Assembly: GCA_951406725.2 (NCBI GenBank)
Contig: OX597818.1
Coordinates: 107,198,001 to 107,262,000, forward strand
Length of the DNA: 64,000 nt
Direction: 5' to 3'
Source of the DNA: Octopus vulgaris
Taxonomy: Eukaryota
Part shown: positions 53,773 to 64,000 of the stretch, piece by piece
Layout: each line of letters begins with the position of its first letter
How positions within the stretch are numbered: the stretch's first letter is position 1
Notes under the pieces: generated by a model
What the model was told of the DNA's origin: nothing
The model's input: the letters and a program-made list of their open reading frames with translations, nothing else
The model's database searches: none
Translations under genes and position numbers: made by a program

Positions 53773-55124
53773 GAGACCTGTTTGCTTTATGCTGGCATTT
53801 ATATTTTTCAGCAAGTCTTCCATTCAAATCTGACATCCTCACACGAAATATATTGGCATTTAACAAAGCATTGTATTTTACAAGTAATTAGCTAACATCT
53901 TACTGATGAGGACAGCAGCGATCATGATCACCACCTTGATAATTCACACAACGATTCAATCAATATTAAAAAATATCTGATACATATCACATATATCCAT
54001 TATTCTGTTCTGTAATAGTATTCATTTGATAATGGGTATTATTTTGACAAGAGTTAATTTTATGATAATTTTTACTTCTATATTTCTGAAGTTTGTTGAA
54101 ATATTTTTTAATAATGTTGGCTGATATTTTATGGGAGATATCTTGGATAACTTAACTTAGAAATTGATAAATTCTCAAAAGTTTAAAATATAGGTGTGTT
54201 ACAACTTAATAGAACAACATATCTTGAGTCATCGTAATATCTTAGTAAAAGGTAAAATATATCAGGCAATATAATTGTAAAAATCCTCTATTTGAGAAAA
54301 AGAAACACCATTGATAATAAGGCTGTAAGTTCAAAGCTTAGAACTTGAAAACTGGCATTTGCTCTGTGATGGTGAGTGATTCAGTTGTTCAAATACAATA
54401 GAACAGCCTGCTTGTGAGATTCAAGTGCAAGTGGCTGAGTACTCCACAGGCATGTCCACCCTTAAGTCTTCAGGAAGATTCAGAGTAACACAGAATGTGA
54501 CAGGTTTGACTTTTCATCATACATGTACAACTCCTTTTTATCAGCTGAGTGGACTGGAGCAACATGAAATAAAGTGTTTTGCTCAAGGAATTGAACTCAC
54601 ATCCTTACGATCATGAGCCAAATATCCCAGCCACTAAGCCACGTACCTCCACTATGTTCAGTGCTAATCTGCTGCTAAATAACAATACTTACATGTTGCA
54701 TACACTTAGCGGAAACACTTTCAGGCGCAAAGATTTCATCTTGAACTTTGCATTGGAAAACTGCGTTCTTCTTTCTTACATCTCATTCCACAAACTGAAG
54801 TGTGTTTACAAGTTGACTCTTTGCTGGCACATTTCACTGTTTTTCCTAGAGTTGGAACCTTGTTGTGAGGAAGACTAACCAACATCTTTACAGTCCCATA
54901 GCTTCACTGAAGGCTTCCATTATCCAGAATGAAAAAAAGACCCTTTGCTGCAAGTGTGTCGTCAATGTTTCTGATTCTGCACTGAAGTAATCATCAAAAA
55001 TGAAAGTGGATTCATAAAAGCAATCTGATATGAAAGTGCATTGAGAAACAGGCACATAAATTTTTATCAAAATAAATTTGTTTTTTGTGAGATTAGAATT
55101 CATTAAATTATCCAAAATGTCCTG

Positions 55125-55279
55125 AGCTGCTGGCACATAAAAAGCACCCAATACATCCAGCCATAGAAACCATGCTGAAATAGACAATTTGAGTCTGGTG
55201 TAGTTCTCCATCTTACCAGTTCCTGTCAGACTGTCCAACTCATGTCGGCATGGAAAATGGATCATGACACTGTTGTTGT

Positions 55280-55332
<53 letters not shown>
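55125..55332 (+). mobile_element. RTE 3' fragment with long (GAT)n tail
   Basis: tggcacataaaaagcaccc...ctgtccaactcatgtcggcatggaaaatgg, then (GAT)n. Confidence 0.8.
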
Positions 55333-55334
<2 letters not shown>

Positions 55335-56741
55335 GATATCCCCAAATACTTTTCACAACCTTTATCACACTGACTTTTCTTTAATGACATGTCATTCCCT
55401 GAAAACTTTTTGTTCTTGAAATTATTTCCCCTTCTCATTTTAAGTTGGCTGCATTTGCCACCAGGCATTTGTTTATCTGCCCTCAAAGCAAAGATTTCAC
55501 CAATATGTTGTCAACCTGAGGATAAAGCAGAAGCTGCTTGCCCATGGTACCACATAATAAATGCTGTGTGAGATTGACTTGAATAAGCTAATAGGATTTG
55601 AAAGCAGTGACAGGTGAGTGTGGAGATATTCTGTGAATACATGTTACATGAGACATATGGCAAATTTGCCCTGGTTTGTTGGTTAGATGTGTCTATCATA
55701 GAAGCAGATTAGGGAAGATCTGAAAGCATAGATTTGGCCAATGGAGCTCGTTGGGGAACAACGGAATCAGAAAGACAAGTGTAAGATGATGAAGGACTGT
55801 CATTTTTAGATAGAAAGCATAGGATTGGCCTAACAAGTGGCAACACGAGAGTATTTTTGTAAAAATAAAAGGTAGTAAAACGTGTTTAAACAATAGAGAT
55901 AATATATTGCCCTTGTTTGAACATCTATTACATAACTATGCAACAATTATAAATGAATATTTTGAACATAAAAGGATAATATTCCCACCTCCATAAGAAA
56001 TACTTGCATTGCAAAGACTTTCACAGTTGGAATATTACATAACATTCTAGGGCAGCATAGAACAGCATAGGCCAGCATGTTTTAAAATTACAAAATTACT
56101 TTAAAGATAACTTTAGCTGACTTATCATATACTATTTCATGTTCTTTAATATTCTGCTGTTTCTAATTCTAATCTCCTATTCACAATAACATTTTACGAT
56201 TACCAAAAGAGATAGAAACAAGGACTAGAATTTATTACTCTTAAATTATTCAACATTTTAGACCTGCTTTAATAGAATTGCATTAAGCTCACCCCTACTG
56301 CAGAGACTTGTTGAAATCCCATCCCTGTCTCAATTTAGATATTTCAGATATGTTCTTTGGATATATATATGTGACATTCCTACAGACATATACATCATAT
56401 AATTAAGTATATTTATTTAATTCTATATACAGATCTTATATATATAATTCTACATATAGGTCTTACCTATAAGTATACTTATTTTTCTAACATTTTTTTC
56501 TTGGGTTTTATTTTATGTAAATTAAGAGTCAAAAGATTCCAAGCTTTTACCAAAACTTTTGGCTTCATTTTCCCCATTTAAATTCTTTCTATCACTTTAC
56601 ATTTTCTCTCTTCCTGTATTCAATTATTGATTTATTGGTGAGGATGTAAGGTTCAAATCACATATTGCACACATTAAAAATAGTTTTAGTGAGTTAAAAG
56701 AAGTTTCTCCTGTTTTCTCTGCCACCTCTCTCTCTTTCTCT

Positions 56742-56783
<42 letters not shown>

Positions 56784-57710
56784 CCCTCTCTCTCTCTCTC
56801 ACACACACACACATTTCTCCACTGCTGTTTCCAATTCAAGCTGATGATAATCCTCAATAACTTCAAGTAGTTGAAAGTGGCTTCAGTTCCAAAAATCAAA
56901 CAAGATTCTGTTTCTTATTTTCATTTAAGTAGATATACACCTCAAATAATATTTAAGTATTTTCCTTAGAACTGATGGAGAATAGAACAGTAATAAGAAT
57001 AAGAATAACTTCCAAAATAATCTTTCTTTTGGCTGGCAACAATTTTTTAAAACTTTAAAAGAAAATTATGGTGTGTAGAGTGATAGAATATATATGTACA
57101 GATGTGTATGTAAGTGAGTGTTTATGTGTGTGTGTGTGTGTATGTGTGTATACAGGAATAATGCCTTATCAAATGCCATACAAGATAAATTCCTGATTTA
57201 TTGAAATTATCTTCCTTCTAAAAGAAAAGTAAACAAATACCTTGCAGGAATCTTAACCTATTCCACTCCATATGAGAAGAGAAGACAATTTCAAGGTCAA
57301 ACTTCTCTGAAATTGACCTGCTGTTAAGGAGAAAGCAGCCAGCGTAATTCCCTTGAGACAAAAGGACAGCTGTAGACATGTTTCTCCCTCACAAAGCATC
57401 ATCAGCACAGCAGTTGACCCCAATAAACCACACTCATTTGGCATTTAATAAGCTTTCTTTCATCTTTTTTTTCTTTTTGTTCCTATTTATGCTTTTGACC
57501 CATTTGAGTTATTTTTCTTTGTGAATTTGTGCTTAATTTGTGAATGTTTATACATTTGTAATATACAATAATCTGAATATGTGGTTTGTTTTTATAATCT
57601 TACGTGTGGTGGTGTAATAGTCCATACCTTCCTTATTTTACAGGTCTCTTCCATCTAATCCATGTATAGGTGTTACTTGTTAACATAGGTGCGGTTTTTC
57701 AGTTCATTAA

Positions 57711-57931
57711 CCCTTTCGTTACCAACCCGGCTGAAACCGGCTCTGGCTCTTTAGTATAAATGTCTTGTTTTCATAAGTTTTGAATTCAAATCTTCCACCA
57801 AATCTTAGTTAAAATTTATGTTCCTAACACTAGCTTAATGATAACGAAGTTAATTTACTAAATTCTTTGTTATATTTAAAATAATTGAAAGAAACACAGA
57901 GCATCTCAAAATAAATACAGTAATGAAAGGG
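57711..57931. mobile_element. piggyBac-type MITE (221 bp)
   Basis: TTAA on both sides (57707-57710, 57932-57935); TIRs CCCTTTCGTTAC / GTAATGAAAGGG (11 of 12 match). Confidence 0.88.
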
Positions 57932-58588
57932 TTAACAAACAATGACACACTCATTATCAGGTTTTGAAAACAAACCTCAACATCTGAAACTGAGGATGTT
58001 TTTGAAGATGCATCTCATTTGAGTCAACTTTGGTCCGTCTGTCATCATTAGTTTATGGGCAGGGCTACATAACACGTATGGCAAACTAGGTACTAAGATT
58101 GGCAGGGTGTCGCAAATAACTTATTTAAAATTTCTACTCCACTTAAGAATCTGAAAACCTGGCAATAATGAGATAATATCAAGGTGGACAACTGGCAGAA
58201 TTGTTTGCTGGGCAAAACATTTAGCAGCATTTCATCCAACTTAATGGTCTGAGTTCAAATTCCTACAAGATCAACTTTGCCTATCATCTTTCTAGGGTCA
58301 TTGAAATAAGAACCAATTAAATATTGATGTTGATGTTATTGACTTACTCCCCTAAAATTGCAGGCGTTGTGCTAAAATTTGAAACCAATAATAATAATAA
58401 TAAGAAGAAATGAAGTCATTCTTTGGACAAGAAGGAAAGTGAACATGGATACAGAAGAACTGAAGAGGTTCCAGCAGTGTTATTTTATTTTTTAAATTTT
58501 ATTTTATTTATCTAGTTTCAGCTCACTAGCTGTGGCCATGCTGGGGCACCGCCATTTAAAAGTATTGGAGCGAAGTATGTTGTGTACC

Positions 58589-58661
58589 AGCCCCCAGGGA
58601 GGATCGAACTCCTGACCCCTGGTTTACAAGATCAGTGCTCTAACCACTGAGCTATGGAGGC
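58589..58661 (-). tRNA. tRNA-Thr(TGT), probably a pseudogene or SINE head
   Basis: GCCTCCA TA GCTC AGTGGTTA GAGC A CTGAT CT TGT AA ACCAG GGGTC AGGAG TTCGATC CTCCC TGGGGGC T: 73-nt cloverleaf with one A-C mismatch in the anticodon stem and one in the T stem. Confidence 0.85.
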
Positions 58662-59014
58662 ATTTGATTTAGAAATATTTTCAATTTCTTCAGTGACATG
58701 CATCATCATAACATTTACATTTCTCATTCACATCTTAATTATAATTCTTTAACTTTTTCTTTCCAGCTAATGAAAAGAAAGTTATGTCTGGAGGTTGGTG
58801 TAAAAAAATAAAAAAAAAGCAAAACAACACTGGAGAAGGAGGAGCTCAATGTAGAAATGAAAGAAAGCAGCACATATTGTAGGGGTGGAGGAAGGGTTGG
58901 CTTTGGGTACTGAATGACCTGGTACTAGCTTTGCTCATAAGTAAGCATAAATGAGAAGAAAAAAATGCTGTGTTGTTTGGTGTGTATGAGTGAGGGAGGC
59001 AGAGAGTGTGGTGT

Positions 59015-59275
59015 TATCATCATCATCATCATCATCATCATCATTGTCCTTGTCAACATCATCATCGTCGTCGTTGTCGTCGTCATTGTCATCACTATCA
59101 TCATCATTGTCATTTAACATCCATATTTCATACTGGCATGGTTGGATGGTTTGATAAGATTCTCTTGGCACCCGAAAGGCTGCTGCATGCCTTGTGTCTG
59201 TTTAAGCATGGTTTCTATGACTGGATGACTTTCCTACTGCTGAGTACATTTTCCATGGCACCAGCTCAACTTGCA
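59015..59275 (-). mobile_element. Diverged RTE 3' fragment with (ATC)n-derived tract
   Basis: catttaacatccatatttcatactggcatggttggatgg. Confidence 0.7.
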
Positions 59276-59977
59276 AGACTATGAGCCCCGAGGAGCAACC
59301 TTATGTTTGGAGATGAAGAGCAGAAATAGGAAAGTATGAGAAGGGTCAGAGCAGAACAAGTTCCTTGATGTAGAAGAGCTACATGGGGCGAAGAGATTGG
59401 AAGTAAGCTAGTGATGAGGAATCATGATGGCGTTTCAAAATATGAAGTTCACAGAAATAGGTGGGGCAGGGGGTGCAGGGGGGGGGGTAAAGGAGGTCTG
59501 ATAGTGTTGAACTGCAGAATAGAACTGCTGATGCTCTAAACAATAGAAGGATGAGGGAGATTACAAGCATTGATTGCAATGATTGCAAGAGTGCATAAGG
59601 AAGAGAAAGAATCAGGCACAGTATATGAAGAGGATGAGATGTATGGGGAGTGGGCAGAGAAGATAATTTAGTGGCAGAGTGGGATTGGAATGCGTAATCA
59701 ATGAAAAATAAGGGTGGAGATGGTATTAAATGGATGAACAATGGTTAATAAGTGAAGTGGTTTAATAAAAGGGAAATCAAGACCTGTCTTCTTAGTCACC
59801 TACAATCCAAGCAATTACATTGATATATATTGGTATATACTTCGTAAATTGGGTGGTGTTAGGACAGGCACTCCATCACAAAAACTGTGCCTGACTTACA
59901 AATGACATGTGGTCCTCCAGCTTCTCTGAGTTAACTTGGAATGTAAAGAAATATCCAGGCCATGAGAGCATGAGAAG

Positions 59978-60339
<362 letters not shown>

Positions 60340-60340
<1 letters not shown>

Positions 60341-61245
60341 GGGGAGTACCCAAAAGTAACTGAAAATGTACTCTGTGAGACAAACCATTGTAGTTCAGGC
60401 TTCTGCCACTAGAAGCCACTTGATGCATTCCTCAGGCACCAGTCCACTCACCAGCATCATCGTGTGAGTTCGTACAGCCGTGTGATGTGTCTTTGTTTTG
60501 TAGTGCTTCTCCCCTGTTTGTCAATTTTTGCAATGGCTGAAACAAAGGGACAGTGTGCGTCTGTGAAATTCTGTTTCCTGCTGGGGAAAATGGTTGCTGA
60601 AACAGTTGTCATGCTTCAAACAACTACTTACAAGGATGCTGCCATGAGCAAGACACAAATTTACTAGTGGTTTCCATGCTTTAAGAATGGTCATTTGTCC
60701 CTTGAAGACCAACCTTGTCCAGGGCAACTGTCAACTTCCTGAATGAATGAAAACATTCTAAAAATTCCTGAACTGAGCTTAGAGGACCAACACTGAACAA
60801 TTGATGAACTTGTTGATATGACTGTTGAGTCCTGGATCTCCTGCCAATGAATTTTGAGTGAGGAATTGTGAATGAAAAGAGTTGAAGTAAAATTTGTGTC
60901 ATCTCTGCTCATGGAAGATCAAAAGCAGTCATGACTGAATGCATGTCGTGAACTGAAAGAAGAGTTGGAAGTTGATCTGGACCTTTATTTGAAGGTCAAC
61001 ACTGGTGATGAAAGCCAGTGCAACAAAATTTACAGATGTGGAAGAGGTGAAGAAAAAAACGACAGAGGCATTAAAAGGCATCACTTTACAAGAGTTCTGT
61101 CATTGTGTCGAAAAGGGAAAAATGCACCTAACTGATGCATTTCTTCAAAGAGAGAATACTTTCAAGACTATAAGAGTGTAAACATGTAAAACTAATTGAA
61201 TAAAATAATATTGCAAAATTACAGTTTCCTTAGGGTACCCCCTCG
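60340..61245 (+). mobile_element. Mariner element, internally deleted and degraded
   Basis: TIRs tggggagtacccaaaagtaactg / cagtttccttagggtaccccctcg with TA flanks. Transposase MAETKGQCASVKFCFLLGK...MSKTQIY*WF..FKNG..SLEDQP (from 60533); KVNTGDES (~61000) joined directly to the C-terminal KFTDVEEVKK. Confidence 0.9.
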
Positions 61246-61564
61246 TATATAGGTATATAGGATGAGGGTATATAGTACCCTCACCCTATATCCTTGAGCC
61301 CAGCAAAGAGTTTGACCATAGCATACACCAATGCACACATGTACGTACACACATGCTCCATCAAGACAGACACCTATCAAATGGACTGTCTCTCGCCACC
61401 CCCAAACTATACCTCCTCACACACCTTGTACCCCATATATAAATCCCCCCCCCACACACACATACACACATTAAAAACCACATGCTAACATAAAACTCCT
61501 TGCTACCTTAACCAATACAGAAAGAAAACAGTCTAATTAAAACAATTATATCTACCTACCTATA

Positions 61565-61980
61565 GGCGCAGGAGTGGCTGTGTGGTAAGTAGCTTGCTAA
61601 CCAACTACATGGTTCCGGGTTCAGTCCCACTGCGTGGCATCTTGGGCAAGTGTCTTCTGCTATAGCCCTGGGCCAACCAATGCCTTGTGAGTGGATTTGG
61701 TAGACGGAAACTGAAAGAAGCCTGTCGTATATATGTATATGTATATATATGTATGTGTGTGTTTGTGTGTCTGTGTTTGTCCCCCTAGCATTGCTTGACA
61801 ACCGATGCTGGTGTGTTTACATCCCCGTCACTTAGCGGTTCGGCAAAAGAGACCGATAGAATAAGTACTGGGCTTACAAAGAATAAGTCCCGGGGTCGAT
61901 TTGCTCGACTAAAGGCGGTGCTCCAGCATGGCCGCAGTCAAATGACTGAAACAAGTAAAAGAGTAAAGAGTAAAGAGAGT
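61565..61980 (+). mobile_element. SINE family A, best-preserved full-length copy
   Basis: A-box-like TGGCTGTGTGG, B-box-like GGTTCAGTCC, internal (TA)(TG) tract, tail ggcggtgctccagcatggccgcagtcaaatgactgaaac plus (agtaaag)n; CpGs retained. Confidence 0.93.
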
Positions 61981-62419
61981 ACACTCCTGGAAAAAATTAT
62001 TCATATGACACTACAACCTGTCCCATACCCCATCTCCACAGGAGCACTACCCTTAATAAAGCACACATTTCCCACGATTACTTGAAGGTAACTCTTACCA
62101 GCTTTACAGCTGTCCAACCAAGGGACAGAACTCTTAACCTAATCCCCTAGCCTTTATCATTTCACCTTTTTTTTTATAGCAACCACAACCCAAAGGTGTC
62201 AATTCACCTCTGACAATAGGGAGCAGTCGCCATATTACCTTCCATATTGGCTAACTCTGATGAGCATAAGGTTATACAATCAGATTGTTACCTAACACTC
62301 TATTGTAACCCTAGCAAATTGGTTTGATGCTTGGGATACAATAGAGTGATACAATAGATGGTAAGATCAGCTGTGATGGATGTATAATACTGTACATTTC
62401 AGATAATACACACACACAT

Positions 62420-62852
62420 GTATATAAGAAGAAAAAGAAAATGATGCTTAGGAAGTTAATAATTGTTTATTATTAACAGCAAATTAATCATCATCCCTTA
62501 CAGCTGTTTCAATTAATATACAGAAAATATTAAGTGAATATCAAATCTGTATGACCTGGGCATAACATCTCCAGAGGGAAAAAAATATACCCTCAGATGT
62601 TTTACATACATTTATGGATTCTTTATAAACCGTATCATTCAGTCTGCTATAATAAATCCATAAACACATATAAAACATCCAAGGGTATATTTTTTTCCCC
62701 TCTGAAGATATTATGGTCATATAAATTTAATATTTACTTAATATTTACTGGGTATTAATTGAAACGGCTGTAAGGATGATGATTAAATTGCTGTTGATGA
62801 TAAACAATTATTAACTTCCCAATCACCATTTTGTTTTTTTGTTCTTTTATAT
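62420..62852. mobile_element. ~205-bp inverted-repeat element with hammerhead-like motif (Penelope-like terminal repeat relic)
   Basis: Arms 62420-62626 and 62648-62852 around a ~20-bp spacer. ccct-CTGAAGA (62702)...GAAAC-ggct-GTA-agg (62761-62775); the other arm reads GAAACAGCTGTAAGGGA on the minus strand. Confidence 0.75.
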
Positions 62853-62976
62853 GAATAATAAACTATATGTTTTTATAGATAGCTATTATCTTAAGGAAAT
62901 TAATTCCCCCAAAATATTAAATATTGAACCTTGGATGAAACTATCCCTTCATGAGGTTAACACAACCTCTAATCGA

Positions 62977-63021
<45 letters not shown>

Positions 63022-63671
63022 TGAGAGAGTTGGTTTGTGAAAGCACGTGGTTGAATATATAGAAAATAGTAAAAAGTGAAAAAAACTACAGAAGGCTTGT
63101 TTTAAAAGGTTAAAAAATATATATTTGAGTCAATATGTCTGAAGAATGTTATAAATTTTTTTCATATATATAAAATAAAATAAAATAAAGTAAATATATA
63201 TATATATACACACACACATCCATGTTAATATCAAACAGGGAGAATAAGTGCTCATGATGGAAGACGAGTACCAATTGTCCCACTGAAATAGCATAGAATA
63301 TTGGTTTCATGCTTTTCTTATAATTGTTATGTTGCTCTAATTCAGTTCTGTTCCGACTTGGTATCGTACTGAGTTTGATGACTTTGCGTTGTTTAGTAAA
63401 AGTCTTTGTATTTTGTTAATTTGTACAAATAACAGTTCTTCTCATTTGCACACTGCTTTGTTTTTGCAGTTTTGGATTTTGGGCTTCTGCTTTAATCAGT
63501 GGGTATTTTTGAGTATATATTGCACACATGTTCACTGCAATATTGCTGGGCCAATCTTCACATGGATTATTCTGTATTAAAATATAACAATTAAGATCTA
63601 AACAGTTAACACAGGAATTCGAAAGAGAAAGTTGAATAACTGTAAACCTACTTTTGGATCACCCTGTATAC

Positions 63672-63893
63672 TGTTTTATTCATCTCAGTCATTTGACTGG
63701 GGCCATGCTGGAGCACTGCTTTTAGTCGAGCAAATCGACCCTAGGACTTATTCTTTGTAAGCCTAGTACTTATTCTATCTGTCTCGTTTGCCGAACTGCT
63801 AAGTTATGGGGATGTAAACACACCAGCATTGGTTGTCAAGTGATGTTGAGGGGACAAACACAGACACACAAACATACACAGATGCATATACAT

Positions 63894-63929
<36 letters not shown>

Positions 63930-64000
63930 TTTTTTTTTTTACTCTTTTTTACTTGTTTCAGTCAGTTGACTGCGGCCATGCTGGAGCACCGCCTTTAGTC
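63672..64000 (-). mobile_element. Two SINE family A 3' portions (63672-63900; 63930 to window end)
   Basis: cagtca.ttgactg.ggccatgctggagcac.gc.tttagtc occurs twice, reverse complement of the 61908-61960 tail. Confidence 0.9.

Noticed and set aside
57294-57320. Inverted AGGTCA/TGACCT nuclear-receptor half-sites
   Set aside because: Atypical 14-nt spacing; expected by chance in 64 kb.

Overview
AT-rich, repeat-saturated eukaryotic DNA, intronic or intergenic. The repeat mix (RTE LINEs with (GAT)n tails, several tRNA-derived SINEs with internal microsatellites, R4/Dong relics, very dense microsatellites) suggests an octopus/coleoid cephalopod genome; this is inference. No host protein-coding gene can be confidently identified. 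The only long real ORF is a young, 5'-truncated RTE-clade reverse transcriptase (1540-3156) with a C4HC3 PHD-type zinc finger inserted inside the RT domain and a 1.7-kb modular 3' UTR. It sits inside a split SINE. The window also holds relics of RTE, R4/Dong, maT/DD37D, mariner, hAT-Buster and Chapaev3-like elements, a piggyBac-type MITE, a tRNA-Thr(TGT)-headed short SINE or pseudogene, and two large minisatellites (30 bp and 25/26 bp). The most notable signal is four head-to-head palindromic elements from three unrelated families, each carrying a Penelope-type minimal hammerhead ribozyme motif. One family (two loci) joins a tRNA-like Pol III promoter head, an (AAT)n spacer and the hammerhead, making it a candidate Penelope-mobilised SINE or Pol III retrozyme. 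Coordinates of degraded repeats are approximate and read by eye.
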